Origin: an uncultured Candidatus Saccharibacteria bacterium
Lineage (GTDB): Bacteria > Patescibacteriota > Minisyncoccia > Phycocordibacterales > UBA12088
DNA: 64,000 nucleotides
Direction of reading: 5' to 3'
Assembly: GCA_964531785.1 (NCBI GenBank)
Contig: CAZHFF010000002.1
Span: forward strand, 157,851-221,850
In this document: piece after piece, positions 15,319 through 25,847 of the stretch
Layout of the letters: each line of letters opens with the position of its first letter
Position numbering within the stretch: the first letter of the stretch is position 1
Translations under genes and position numbers: made by a program
Notes under the pieces: model-generated
The model's input: the letters and a program-made list of their open reading frames with translations, nothing else
Databases searched by the model: none
What the model was told of the DNA's origin: nothing

Positions 15319-16467
15319 ATGTCAATATTCGATCAGGCACGGCAGGCGCTCGAACAAGGTATGTTCAAGAAAGGCTCGCAGAGCGTCCTTGGTGTGGATG
15401 TCGGCTCTTCTGCGATCAAGATCGTCCAGGCACGGAAAGAGAAGGGTATTGCCATACTCGAAACCTATGGGGAGATAGCGCTTGGACCTCATGCGGACCT
15501 TGAAGTGGGTCGCGCGACGAACCTGCCAAGCGAGAAGCTCGCCGTTGCGCTCAAGGACCTGCTCAAAGAGGCGAATGTGACCACGACGAGCTGCGGTGCA
15601 TCGGTCCCGTTTGCCGCGAGCCTTGTCAAGCTCATTGAGATGCCGCCGGTTTCGGCTCAGAAGCTTGCCGCCATGATACCGCTCGAGGCGCGCAAGTATA
15701 TTCCGGTACCCATTGGTGAGGTGCAGCTAGACTGGTTCATCGTGCCCGAAGCGGAACAGAAGTTCTTTGAGGGTGCCCAGAGCGTTGCGGATGCCGAGGA
15801 GCGCGAGCTCAAGAACAAGCTCGTTCTCCTGGTGGCAATTCACAACGAAACATTGCGACGATATACCGACACGCTCAAGCTTGCTGGGCTCTCGCCATCG
15901 TTCTATGAGATCGAGATCTTCTCGAGCATCCGCTCGACCATCGAACGTGGTCTTGCACCGGTCGCCATCATCGATATAGGTGCAGCAACGAGCAAGGTCT
16001 ATGTTGTGGAACTGGGCATCATCCTTGCGTCGCATGTCATTCCCAAGGGCTCCCAGGACGTGACCCTTTCGCTTGCTAACTCAAGCCATGTGAGCATCAC
16101 CAAAGCAGAGGAGGTGAAACGGCAGTCCGGGATCCTGGGCGGAGACGCAGGGAGTCAAATGGCCACGGTATCACATGCGGCAGCGCTCACCATGGAACAC
16201 ATTTTCATTGAGGCACGAAGGGTGCTCCTCGGTTTTCAGAAGAAGCACAATAAGGTCATCACCAAGGTGATCCTCACCGGAGGTGGGTCGACGATGAAGG
16301 GTTTACGCGAGTTTGCGCAGAAGCAGCTCGAGCTTGAAACAGAACTGGCGAATCCGTTCGCACACCTGCAGGCACCTGCCTTTCTTGAGGAGGTGCTCAA
16401 GGAAGCCGGTCCCGATTTCTCGGTCGCGGTCGGCCTCGCCTTGCGTAAGCTGCAGGAGAGCGCGTAG
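15319..16467 (+). CDS. pilM: type IV pilus assembly protein PilM (actin-like ATPase fold)
   Basis: VLGVDVGSSAIKIVQ...IIDIGAATSKVYVV...ILTGGGSTMKGL; first gene of the pilus operon. Confidence 0.8.
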   Translation: MSIFDQARQALEQGMFKKGSQSVLGVDVGSSAIKIVQARKEKGIAILETYGEIALGPHADLEVGRATNLPSEKLAVALKDLLKEANVTTTSCGASVPFAASLVKLIEMPPVSAQKLAAMIPLEARKYIPVPIGEVQLDWFIVPEAEQKFFEGAQSVADAEERELKNKLVLLVAIHNETLRRYTDTLKLAGLSPSFYEIEIFSSIRSTIERGLAPVAIIDIGAATSKVYVVELGIILASHVIPKGSQDVTLSLANSSHVSITKAEEVKRQSGILGGDAGSQMATVSHAAALTMEHIFIEARRVLLGFQKKHNKVITKVILTGGGSTMKGLREFAQKQLELETELANPFAHLQAPAFLEEVLKEAGPDFSVAVGLALRKLQESA

Positions 16468-16537
16468 TGGATAAGTCGTTCGTTGACACCCGGTGGTAGC
16501 CGTATACTAGCAACATCAGGTTACCTGCGCTTATTCT

Positions 16538-17293
16538 GTGGAACCGAAGTTCAATACATCATTCATACCGAAGCAGTCCATGCAGACGTCCACTGCAGGA
16601 CCTGCGGTGTCGAACTATGTTTCGCGACGGACTACGAAAGGGCCCGGGTTCTATATAACCTTTCTCGTGTTCTTCATATCGGTGCTCGTATCGATCGGGA
16701 TGTTCGTGTATACGCGGATCATCGAGGCCAGTATCGAGGATAAGCTCGCCCAGATAGAGCGTGTCCAGGCCGCGTTCGATCCTGCCTCGATGAAGGAACT
16801 CATCCGGGTGGACACCCGTATGAAGTATGCACACCTCTTGATAGACGGCCACGTGACGCCGTCTGAGTATCTACGGCTGCTCGAGCAAATGACGCTCCGT
16901 AATGTCCGTTACGAGTCGCTTTCGTTCAATACAGGGAGCGCTGCCACGAAACCGTCTGCCCAGGCCCTGCCTGAGGCACAGACACCGCCGTCCGTGGTAC
17001 TTACCGGTCAGGCGGCGGATTTCAAAAAGATCGCTCTTCAGGCGGACCAGTTCGCACTGAACGCGGACGTGCGCAACCCGGTGGTCTCTGGGCTCAACAT
17101 AAACTCAGAGAAGCTCGCAGTGTTCAGTGTGACCATGCATATCGATCAGAGGCTCATCTCCTACACTGATGCGCTTCGGAGTGGACGCAGAGCGGTGTCA
17201 CCGACGGCTGTGCCGGTACCAGTTACAACACCAAACCCAACCGAAGCACCAAACGATACTGCCACTACGTCGGAACCGACCGACCAGCCGTAA
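16538..17293 (+). CDS. PilN-like bitopic membrane protein (pilus alignment complex), Pro/Thr-rich tail
   Basis: Single TM (FYITFLVFFISVLVSIGMFVY) followed by a coiled segment. Position between pilM and the pilO-like gene. Assignment rests on context. Confidence 0.5.
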   Translation: MEPKFNTSFIPKQSMQTSTAGPAVSNYVSRRTTKGPGFYITFLVFFISVLVSIGMFVYTRIIEASIEDKLAQIERVQAAFDPASMKELIRVDTRMKYAHLLIDGHVTPSEYLRLLEQMTLRNVRYESLSFNTGSAATKPSAQALPEAQTPPSVVLTGQAADFKKIALQADQFALNADVRNPVVSGLNINSEKLAVFSVTMHIDQRLISYTDALRSGRRAVSPTAVPVPVTTPNPTEAPNDTATTSEPTDQP

Positions 17294-17299
17294 CCCACT

Positions 17300-17854
17300 A
17301 TGAACAAAGTCATCGCACCCTTCCTCTTTATAGCGATCGCCGTCGGTCTGTTCTTTACATATCTCGATCCTGCATACAAAGCGGTGCAGGCGTTACAGCT
17401 GCAGGAGTCGCGTTTGGATAAGGCACTGACCGATTCAAAGAGCTTGCAGGAAAAGCGCGCCTCGCTCCTTAAGCGGTACGCGGATTTTTCGGATAGCGAT
17501 GTTGCGCGCTTGAACAAATTGCTTCCCGACAACGTCGACAATGTTCGACTGGTGATCGATATCGATAGTATCGGGGCTTCGTATAACCTTACCGTGCGCG
17601 ATTACTCCTTCAGTACCGCGGATCAGGGCGGCGAGCAAAACCCGGCGGACGTTCTGGGTATAGCTCGTCTGAGTTTCGGGGTACAGGGAAGCTACCGAGA
17701 TTTCAAAGCATTCCTATTCGACCTCGAATCAAGCTTGCGTCTGGTGGACATCACTTCGTACTCGGTAACCGCAACCCCGTCGGGCCCAACAGCTGAAGGT
17801 GCTCGACCCGGCAACACGTACGTAGTTGCTCTACAGACCTACTGGCTCAAGTAA
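17300..17854 (+). CDS. PilO-like bitopic membrane protein
   Basis: N-terminal TM (IAPFLFIAIAVGLFFTYL), coiled coil, C-terminal alpha/beta region. Assignment rests on synteny. Confidence 0.5.
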   Translation: MNKVIAPFLFIAIAVGLFFTYLDPAYKAVQALQLQESRLDKALTDSKSLQEKRASLLKRYADFSDSDVARLNKLLPDNVDNVRLVIDIDSIGASYNLTVRDYSFSTADQGGEQNPADVLGIARLSFGVQGSYRDFKAFLFDLESSLRLVDITSYSVTATPSGPTAEGARPGNTYVVALQTYWLK

Positions 17855-17865
17855 CGCTCACGACC

Positions 17866-18180
17866 ATGGCACAGCTCGCAAAGTTCAAACCCGTATTCAT
17901 GGCACTCGCCGGTATACTGATACTGTGGGCTATATATACGTTCGGCGGCAACCTGGACCTCAGCGGCGGAGCAGGCCAACATGCCGCGGACATAGAGGCC
18001 CGTACGCAGCAGATCGAGAGCACGATCCTGGCCGAGCTCGATAGGCTTCAGAAAGTGGAGCTCGACGGTCGTTTGTTCGAATCCGACGGTTTCAGGAGCC
18101 TCAAGGACTGGAGCGTACCGCTCGGTGAGCCGGATGTGGGCCGTCCCGACCCGTTCGCACGGTTCGGTACGCAACAGTGA
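17866..18180 (+). CDS. small membrane-anchored protein of the pilus operon (function unknown)
   Basis: N-terminal TM FKPVFMALAGILILWAIYTF; tightly packed between the pilO-like gene and pilB. Confidence 0.5.
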   Translation: MAQLAKFKPVFMALAGILILWAIYTFGGNLDLSGGAGQHAADIEARTQQIESTILAELDRLQKVELDGRLFESDGFRSLKDWSVPLGEPDVGRPDPFARFGTQQ

Positions 18181-18198
18181 TCGTAAGCGCATGTTATC

Positions 18199-20082
18199 GT
18201 GTTAGACCTTCTCTCACTACTTAGATCCAAGCAGGTACTCGATCAAGACCAGGCAGCGCAGATAGAACAGGAAGCGAAGCAGTCACGTCGTTCGGTTGAG
18301 GAACTGCTCGAAGAACGCGGTGTAAATGCTGCGGAGATCCTTGCTGCGAAGGGTGAGCACTGGGAGATCCCCACGCGTACGCTCGGTGACGAGACGGTAC
18401 CATTCGACACGCTCCAGTACATCCCCGAGGAATCGGCTCGTCACTACGCGGTCGTGCCGCTCGCGTATGCCGATGGTGCGCTTGAGGTCGGTATCGTCGA
18501 TCCTGACAATATCGAAGCACTCGATGCCCTGAACTTCATTTCTGCAAAGCGGAACATCCCCTTCAAGGTTTTCTTGGTCTCGGAGTCTGACTATAAACGG
18601 GTGCTCGGCATGTACCAGGGCCTCTCAGGAGAGGTTGGTCAGGCACTGTCGGAACTAGGAGGGAGCGCTGCGATCGAGGATGAGAAGAGTACAGCACTTG
18701 ACCTTTCGAGCGGAGACAGTGACGACCTTGACGAGACGGTTCAGCAGGCAAGCAAGAAGGGTGGGGAACCGGACATGCACGAGGCTGCGCCGGTCACGAA
18801 GATCGTCGCGACGATCCTCCGGAGCGCGGTCGAGGGTCGCGCTTCGGACATTCACATCGAGCCGGAACGGGAGCGTGTCCGGGTCCGGTTCCGTGTTGAC
18901 GGCGTACTGCACCAGTCGCTCGTGCTGCCGATCAAGGTGCAGCGAGCGGTCGTTGCCCGCACGAAGATCCTTGCCGGGATCAAGCTCGACGAGCGGCGCA
19001 AACCTCAAGACGGACGTTTTTCCGCTACCGTGGGCGGCCGAAAGGTCGACTTTCGCGTCTCGACCTTTCCCACGCACTATGGTGAAAAGGTGGTGATGCG
19101 TATCCTTGATTCTGAACGCGGCGTGGTTACGCTCAATGAGCTCGGTATGAACGACTACCAGCTCGAGATGGTCAGGACCGCGATCAACAAGCCGTACGGT
19201 ATGATCCTCATTACCGGACCTACCGGTTCGGGTAAGTCAACGACGCTCTATGCGATGCTCAATGAGGTCGACAAGGACTCACAGAACGTACTGTCGCTCG
19301 AAGACCCGGTCGAGTACAACATGGCGGGCGTATCGCAATCTCAGGTTCGTGCCGAGATCGGGTACACATTTGCCTCCGGACTTCGCAGCGTCCTTCGACA
19401 AGACCCTGACATCATCATGGTGGGTGAGATCCGCGATAAGGAAACGGCCCAGCTTGCGGTGCAGGCAGCGCTCACCGGTCACCTGGTGTTCTCAACACTG
19501 CACACGAACAATGCCGCTGGAGCTGTGCCGCGGTTGATCGACATGGGTGTCGACCCCTACTTGATCGCCCCCACCCTCGAACTCGTGATCGCACAGCGGC
19601 TCGTACGGAGGATCTGCGAGGATTCCGGGCGACGCATCCCTATCACAGGATCCGTCAAGCAAATGATCGATCGACAGTTCGCGGACCTTCCGCCGGAGTA
19701 CCATGACCGCCTGCCGAAAGGTAACGAGGTCCTGGGCATACTTCCGTCGAACACCTGTCCGACCGGTACGCGAGGTCGTCTAGGCGTCTACGAGATGCTC
19801 GAGGTGAACGAAGCGATAGAGCAGGCGATACTTGAGAGTGCCGACGAGACCAAGATGTATGCGATAGCCCGAAAGCATGGCATGCTCACCATGAAGGAGG
19901 ATGCTATCAGCAAGGCGTTCGGCAAGCTCATTCCGTTCGAGGAGGTGGCTGCACTCGGCGGATCGGACCTGCTCGATGTTGAGGAAAAGGCAGCGGAACT
20001 CTCTCCCGAAGAACTAGGAGCGGAACCGGCTTCCGACAATTTGCTCAGTACTACGGACGAGCCTTCTAGCAGCGTCATGTAG
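18199..20082 (+). CDS. pilB: type IV pilus extension ATPase PilB (GspE family)
   Basis: T2SSE N-domain, Walker A GPTGSGKSTT, LEDPVEY, GEIRD, Walker B/His box STLHTN. GTG start. Confidence 0.9.
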   Translation: MLDLLSLLRSKQVLDQDQAAQIEQEAKQSRRSVEELLEERGVNAAEILAAKGEHWEIPTRTLGDETVPFDTLQYIPEESARHYAVVPLAYADGALEVGIVDPDNIEALDALNFISAKRNIPFKVFLVSESDYKRVLGMYQGLSGEVGQALSELGGSAAIEDEKSTALDLSSGDSDDLDETVQQASKKGGEPDMHEAAPVTKIVATILRSAVEGRASDIHIEPERERVRVRFRVDGVLHQSLVLPIKVQRAVVARTKILAGIKLDERRKPQDGRFSATVGGRKVDFRVSTFPTHYGEKVVMRILDSERGVVTLNELGMNDYQLEMVRTAINKPYGMILITGPTGSGKSTTLYAMLNEVDKDSQNVLSLEDPVEYNMAGVSQSQVRAEIGYTFASGLRSVLRQDPDIIMVGEIRDKETAQLAVQAALTGHLVFSTLHTNNAAGAVPRLIDMGVDPYLIAPTLELVIAQRLVRRICEDSGRRIPITGSVKQMIDRQFADLPPEYHDRLPKGNEVLGILPSNTCPTGTRGRLGVYEMLEVNEAIEQAILESADETKMYAIARKHGMLTMKEDAISKAFGKLIPFEEVAALGGSDLLDVEEKAAELSPEELGAEPASDNLLSTTDEPSSSVM

Positions 20083-20121
20083 GCCATGGTACGATAACCG
20101 TATTACGAGCTAGTACACGGT

Positions 20122-20532
20122 ATGAAAGATACAAAAGCAGACAGAGAGCATCGGATCATCATAGTTGACGACGACCAGTTCCTTCTTGATATGTACACGG
20201 TGAAGTTCGAAGAGGCGGGGTATGCGGTGGAAGGTCTGACCGAAAGCAAGGCGGCGCTCGAGCACTTGCGCGCCAATCCAAAGGTGGATGCGCTGCTCCT
20301 CGATCTCATCATGCCACAAATGGACGGTTTCGAGCTCATGCGGACGATCCGAGAAGAGAACCTCATAAGTGACAAGACGGCGCTCATCGTCCTGTCGAAT
20401 CAGGGTCAGGACGTCGACATGGATAATGCGAAACAGTATGGCATAGATGGTTACCTCATCAAAGCGAGCACGGTGCCGTCCGAGGTGCTCTCCTATGTCG
20501 AGCGAGCAATAAAGAAGAAACAGACCAGCTAA
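20122..20532 (+). CDS. stand-alone CheY-like receiver protein embedded between pilB and pilT
   Basis: HRIIIVDDDQFLLDMY...ALLLDLIMPQMDGFEL...IVLSNQ...GYLIK. Confidence 0.85.
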   Translation: MKDTKADREHRIIIVDDDQFLLDMYTVKFEEAGYAVEGLTESKAALEHLRANPKVDALLLDLIMPQMDGFELMRTIREENLISDKTALIVLSNQGQDVDMDNAKQYGIDGYLIKASTVPSEVLSYVERAIKKKQTS

Positions 20533-20543
20533 CCACGAGTACT

Positions 20544-21626
20544 GTGACCGGGAAACCAACAGGGACCAAGAAAGCAGAGATCGATGAGCTTATCCAGATC
20601 GTGCTCGACGAGCGTGCGAGCGATCTGCACATTAACGCGTTCTACAAGCCGATGGTACGGGTGTCGGGTTCGCTCATTCCGCTCACCCAGTATAGCGAGT
20701 TCACTCCCGAGGACTGCGCCCGTCTCCTGGCGCACATGCTCAATGACGATCAGAAGCAACGGTTCGACAAGAACATGGAGATCGATTTTTCGTACCATAA
20801 CGAGGGCAAGAAAGCGCGCTTCCGCGGGAACGGATCGATCCAGCGCGGGGCCATCTCGATCGCGCTCCGGCTCATACCCGGTCAGATACACACGCTCGAA
20901 GAGCTCAAGATACCGGACCAGCTCTATGAGTTCGCGAATCGCCTGCAAGGCTTTTTCCTGGTCGTGGGACCCGTGGGTCAAGGTAAGTCGACGACGCTCG
21001 CGTCAATGGTCGAGTACATCAACCAGACCCGGGCAGAGCACATCGTGACGATCGAGGACCCTATCGAGTACATATACACGCCCAAGCAGTGCCTCATCGA
21101 CCAACGCGAGGTTTCGCTCGATACGAACGATTTTCACACCGCGCTCAACAGCGCGTTCCGGCAGGACGTCGACGTCATCCTGCTCGGCGAGATGCGTGAC
21201 AACGTGACTATTAGTGCAGCAGTGACCGCTGCCGAAACCGGCCACCTCGTGCTCTCGACGCTCCACACCAATAATGCCGCCCAGACGATCGACCGTATCA
21301 TCGACAGTTTCCCCGCGTCCCAGCAGGACCAGATACGCGTTCAGCTGGCGGGTTCGCTTGCGGGCATCTTCTCGCAGCGGCTTGTGCCCCGCATCGCGGG
21401 TGGACTGGTCCCTGCCTATGAGCTCCTGGTCAACACCAAAGCGGTGGCGAACATGATACGCGAGCGGCGCACCCATGAGATCAATACGATGATCGAAACA
21501 GGCGTGGATGAAGGAATGATCAGCATCAACAGCTCGCTCACGGAGCTCATTCGCGCCGGCGAGATCACCGTCGAACACGCGTTCGCCACCTCGTTCGACC
21601 CAAAGGAGCTCGAGCGCATGCTCTGA
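20544..21626 (+). CDS. pilT: twitching-motility retraction ATPase PilT
   Basis: SDLHI..., Walker A GPVGQGKSTT, IEDPIEY, GEMRD, STLHTNNAAQTIDRIID. PilT-type length; lacks the GspE N-domain. Confidence 0.9.
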   Translation: MTGKPTGTKKAEIDELIQIVLDERASDLHINAFYKPMVRVSGSLIPLTQYSEFTPEDCARLLAHMLNDDQKQRFDKNMEIDFSYHNEGKKARFRGNGSIQRGAISIALRLIPGQIHTLEELKIPDQLYEFANRLQGFFLVVGPVGQGKSTTLASMVEYINQTRAEHIVTIEDPIEYIYTPKQCLIDQREVSLDTNDFHTALNSAFRQDVDVILLGEMRDNVTISAAVTAAETGHLVLSTLHTNNAAQTIDRIIDSFPASQQDQIRVQLAGSLAGIFSQRLVPRIAGGLVPAYELLVNTKAVANMIRERRTHEINTMIETGVDEGMISINSSLTELIRAGEITVEHAFATSFDPKELERML

Positions 21627-21717
21627 CACCCAACCTGTGTACAAGTCATGCCGCAGAGGTTCCCGCCCGTTCTATACTGTTCACTAAGAAGCGCGCACGC
21701 CGCTAGCACCACATACT

Positions 21718-22926
21718 ATGCTGTTTGAGTACAAGGTCTTGGACCAATCGGGGAACGAACGCGAGGGTACCATTGACGCGGTGAGCGAGGATGTCGCGAT
21801 CAGCTCGCTCCAACGCAAGGGCTACATCATCGTCAAGATCCGGGACGTTGAGAAGAAGGAGTTCTTCAGCCTGGGCACGACCGTGTTCGAGCATGTTTCG
21901 AACAAAGAGATCGTGATACTCTCGCGCCAGATCGCGACGCTGTTCGAGGCGCAGGTGAGCGCGCTCCGCGTGTTCCGGCTCCTCGGTACGGAAGCGCAGA
22001 ACCCGCTCGTCAATCGCATCCTCAATCAGGTGGCCGACGACCTCCAAGGCGGCTCATCGATATCGAAGGCGCTCTCAAAGCACCCGAAGATCTTTTCGAG
22101 CTTCTACGTCAACATGGTGCTCGCGGGCGAGGAGACCGGCCGGCTCGACCAAACGTTCAAGTACCTCGCCGATTACCTCGATCGAACCTATACCGTTACG
22201 AGCAAAGCGCAGCATGCGCTCGTGTACCCGGCGTTCGTCATTGCAACGTTCATCGGTGTCATGGTGCTCATGCTGACGCTCGTGATACCGAGGCTCACTG
22301 GCATCATCGTTGATTCTGCGATCGAACTCCCTATCTATACGAAGATCGTTATAGGCCTGAGCGACCTCTTCAAGAATTATGGCCTGGTCATTTTCGGGCT
22401 CCTTGCCGCGCTCGTTATTGGCGCCTGGCGCTACGGCGAGACCGAAGCAGGTCGGCGCTACTTCGACCAGCTCAAGGTGCAGACGCCGATCGTCGGCAAC
22501 CTCTACCGAAAGCTCTACCTCTCGCGCATAGCGGACAACCTGAGCACGATGCTCACGAGCGGCATCGCCATGGCCCAAGCGATCGAAATAACCGCCGCGG
22601 TCGTTGAGAACGTGCACTACGAGGATGCGCTCCTTAAGGCGCGTGATGATATCAAGAACGGCGCGGCCGTTTCCAAAGCGTTCGCCGAGCATGAGCAGAT
22701 CCCGGCGATCATGGTGCAGATGATTCGGGTGGGGGAAGAGACCGGCGAGCTCGGGAATATCCTCAAAACCCTGGCGACGTTCTATCAGCGCGAGGTCGAG
22801 CAAGCGGTCGATACCTTGGTTGGATTGATCGAACCCCTCATGATCATTCTCCTTGGAGGTGGTGTTGGTACGCTCATTGCGGCGGTCTTGATGCCGATCT
22901 ACAGCATCACGATGTCGATCCAATAA
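21718..22926 (+). CDS. pilC: type IV pilus inner-membrane platform protein PilC (GspF family)
   Basis: Two GspF repeats (LSRQIATLFEAQVS..., LSRIADNLSTMLTSGI...) and three TM regions. Confidence 0.9.
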   Translation: MLFEYKVLDQSGNEREGTIDAVSEDVAISSLQRKGYIIVKIRDVEKKEFFSLGTTVFEHVSNKEIVILSRQIATLFEAQVSALRVFRLLGTEAQNPLVNRILNQVADDLQGGSSISKALSKHPKIFSSFYVNMVLAGEETGRLDQTFKYLADYLDRTYTVTSKAQHALVYPAFVIATFIGVMVLMLTLVIPRLTGIIVDSAIELPIYTKIVIGLSDLFKNYGLVIFGLLAALVIGAWRYGETEAGRRYFDQLKVQTPIVGNLYRKLYLSRIADNLSTMLTSGIAMAQAIEITAAVVENVHYEDALLKARDDIKNGAAVSKAFAEHEQIPAIMVQMIRVGEETGELGNILKTLATFYQREVEQAVDTLVGLIEPLMIILLGGGVGTLIAAVLMPIYSITMSIQ

Positions 22927-22929
22927 GGC

Positions 22930-23260
22930 GTGGGGACAGGCAGGGGAATGGAGACGACCGGCAACGTCTTCATAGTTCATCATGGACTTCTCAGCCTCGA
23001 AGCATTGCAGAAAACGCCTGAGGTTGTTCTTCTCAGCTACAAGGTCACAAATGATCTTCCAAAGGACGAGCAGTTCGGACTCGTCACTCAAATGCGTCAT
23101 GGCGCTCTATCGCACCCGGCGTCGTAGTTCATCGTGTATCGGTTTTCCTTTCATTCCCATTCTCCCTACCGCGTGACAATGCGCACTACGCTCGAACTTA
23201 TCCACATCGCTAAGCTCGACCACCTGTTAGCCGATGGGCAAACCCGCTACACTATATGCA
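22930..23260 (+). pseudogene. remnant of a four-helix-bundle protein gene (23S rRNA intervening-sequence protein / Avd-like family), truncated and frameshifted
   Basis: ORF 22930..23127 ends ...LLSYKVTNDLPKDEQFGLVTQMRHGALSHPAS*, resembling the family N-terminal half (YK.T..FPK.E.FGLTSQ.RRAAVSIP.N). A later segment in another frame reads TTLELIHIAKLDHL, resembling GSL.ELETQL.IA..LGYL. Confidence 0.45.
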
Positions 23261-23321
23261 TCGTACCGAGCCTCGCGCTCGTTCGCGTTAAAGCCCCTTA
23301 TTATTAGTGTCACTATTCGTC

Positions 23322-23693
<372 letters not shown>

Positions 23694-23715
23694 GGTCGAG
23701 CATTTTTCTGTCATC

Positions 23716-23739
23716 AAAAGGCACCACCCGGTGCCTTTT
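23716..23739 (+). terminator. Rho-independent terminator after pilin 1
   Basis: aaaaggcacc-accc-ggtgcctttt: 6-bp GC stem extended by A/T pairs, with a T-tract. Confidence 0.75.
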
Positions 23740-23782
23740 GATGTGTGTACAGCAACAGTATCTTGCGAGCCATAAAGGCAGT

Positions 23783-24247
23783 ATGATGGGTATCATGTCC
23801 GAGAAACAGGTTCAAGGCTTCACGCTCATCGAACTCCTCACGGTCATGGCGATCATCGGCGTGCTCGCAAGCATCACCGTCGTGTCGCTCTCGGGGAGTC
23901 GGGCGCGTGCGCGGGACGCTGAGCGTGTCTCAGAAGTAGGCACGATCGTCCTTGCTGCAGAGCTGTACCGGGACGCATGCGGTCGGTACCCGGCGAACAT
24001 AACGACTCTCTCAGGGAACAGTGGTTGCCCGAGCGGCATCACCTGGCAGACGTTCATTGGCGCAACGGTACCGGTGCCGCCTGGTGGCGGGAACTATGGT
24101 TATGCGACCGACGGCACAGGTGCGAGCTTTGTAGTCTATGTCAACCTTGAGACAAACGCTCCCGGTCTCGCGGACGACCTTGACGGGACGGTGCTAGGAG
24201 TCTCGTGCGCCGATTCACCAAATCGTACGTACTGCAAAGGGTCATAG
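23783..24247 (+). CDS. type IV pilin (major-pilin candidate 2)
   Basis: ...MSEKQVQG|FTLIELLTVMAIIGVLASITVVSLSG. Start ATG 23783 or 23795. Confidence 0.8.
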   Translation: MMGIMSEKQVQGFTLIELLTVMAIIGVLASITVVSLSGSRARARDAERVSEVGTIVLAAELYRDACGRYPANITTLSGNSGCPSGITWQTFIGATVPVPPGGGNYGYATDGTGASFVVYVNLETNAPGLADDLDGTVLGVSCADSPNRTYCKGS

Positions 24248-24279
24248 TGCAGTTGCCCGGTCATGCCCATTTCTCATTG

Positions 24280-25209
24280 ATGCTCGAACTCACCCATCTT
24301 CTTATTGCGTACCTGTTCCTGCTCGGCACCACCATCGGGAGTTTCCTGAACGTGGTCGTGCTGCGCTACGAGCAATCTACGCCGCTTTCCGGCCGTTCCC
24401 GGTGCCCCTCATGCAATAAGGTCCTCGCCTGGTATGAGCTCATTCCCCTCGTCTCATGGCTCATTCAACGGGGAAGGTGTCGCGGCTGCAACGCACCCAT
24501 TTCCGCCCAGTATCCGCTGGTCGAACTTGCGACCGGTTTCGTGTTCGTCGGGGTTGTCCTAGTCCACGGCGGTGTCTTTGGTGTCCCGGCACCATTCGTA
24601 TTTCTGCCATCGCTGTTGCCGATCGTGCCTGGTTCCGCTTCGCTCTTGTACCTGGCGCTTGGGCTCACGCTCTGGTCGCTCCTCATCGTGGTCACCGTGT
24701 ACGACCTGCGCACCAAGCTCGTGCCTGACCGGTTTTCCTACACCTTTGCCCTGCTTGCGCTCGCGTATAGCTTGCTGCCTGTGGTGGTTGCGTGGTTCAC
24801 GGCCGCACCGATCGTACCTGTGATCGTGCCCGTGCTCCTCATGCATATCGCGGCCGGACCGCTCCTCTTCCTGCCGTTCTTCCTGCTCTGGTACATATCG
24901 GACGGGCGGTGGCTCGGACTGGGGGACGGGAAGCTGGTACTGGGGATCGGCTGGCTCCTGGGTATGTTGGGCGGCTTCTCTGCCATACTGTTCGCGTTTT
25001 GGATCGGGGCGCTCGTTGCTACGGGGCTGCTTGCCTACCAACACGTTCTGGCACGCTTCCAGGCTCGTGCTCGTGGTGAAGGGGGCGCATCGGCGGGGCC
25101 TACCGGGGAGCAGCTGACGCTCAAGAGCGAGATCCCGTTTGCGCCGTTCCTTGTACTCGGTACCGCGATCGTCTACTTCGGCGGGGTAACGATCTTGGCA
25201 CTTTTTTAG
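24280..25209 (+). CDS. pilD: prepilin peptidase PilD (A24 family)
   Basis: SFLNVVVLRYEQ...RSRCPSCNKVLAWYELIPLVSWL..RGRCRGCNAPIS..YPLVEL; polytopic membrane protein with conserved GDGK (GLGDGKLVL). Confidence 0.85.
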   Translation: MLELTHLLIAYLFLLGTTIGSFLNVVVLRYEQSTPLSGRSRCPSCNKVLAWYELIPLVSWLIQRGRCRGCNAPISAQYPLVELATGFVFVGVVLVHGGVFGVPAPFVFLPSLLPIVPGSASLLYLALGLTLWSLLIVVTVYDLRTKLVPDRFSYTFALLALAYSLLPVVVAWFTAAPIVPVIVPVLLMHIAAGPLLFLPFFLLWYISDGRWLGLGDGKLVLGIGWLLGMLGGFSAILFAFWIGALVATGLLAYQHVLARFQARARGEGGASAGPTGEQLTLKSEIPFAPFLVLGTAIVYFGGVTILALF

Positions 25210-25212
25210 ATC

Positions 25213-25818
25213 ATGACCCAGTTTCATGGTTGTCCTACACAGTCCCTGTCACGGTCTGTGCAAAGCAGGGCCCGCTCAGTCGAGTCCCTGCGAGGGTTCA
25301 CGATCCTCGAAGTAGTGATCGTGCTTGCGCTCATGATGCTTATCCTCGGCGTAACGCTCAGGACCGATCGCGCGGCGCAGGGCACGGTCAGGCACCTCAA
25401 TACGACGTACGAGGTGGCGCTCTTCATGCGTGAAGCTCAGGTGCGAGGAACATCGGTCGTGAAGACGGGAGCCGATTTCGACAAGGCGGTCGGGGTGCAT
25501 GCTGCAGCTGGTGCGACGAACGAACTCCTGATGTTCATCGATGGGAACGGTGACGGTAGGTACCAGAGCGGGGAAACGATACTCGACCGATTGACCCTTA
25601 AGGATGCGACCGCGGTAACGGGCTGCGCCGGCACGCTCGCGAGTCCCGGTGCGACCTGTGGAGCGCTCCATATCGTGTTCAAGCGCCCACACCCTGATGC
25701 GCGGATCAGGCTTGGTGCTGGCACGACGATCAATGAGGCCGCGGAGCTCCGCGTGGTCGCGGGCGGTGTGACCCGGACGGTGGTTGTCTACAACACAGGC
25801 CTCATTTCTGTAGACTAG
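25213..25818 (+). CDS. minor pilin / pseudopilin (GspH/FimT-like) with an unusually long leader
   Basis: 28-aa presequence, then G|FTILEVVIVLALMMLILGV. Confidence 0.65.
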   Translation: MTQFHGCPTQSLSRSVQSRARSVESLRGFTILEVVIVLALMMLILGVTLRTDRAAQGTVRHLNTTYEVALFMREAQVRGTSVVKTGADFDKAVGVHAAAGATNELLMFIDGNGDGRYQSGETILDRLTLKDATAVTGCAGTLASPGATCGALHIVFKRPHPDARIRLGAGTTINEAAELRVVAGGVTRTVVVYNTGLISVD

Positions 25819-25847
25819 CATGGTATTCTGTGGGAAAAGCGTGCATC

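Noticed and set aside
22075-23100. 341-aa minus-strand ORF
   Set aside because: Antisense to pilC. Only its first ~55 codons lie outside pilC, and that stretch is better explained as the antisense of the four-helix-bundle remnant.
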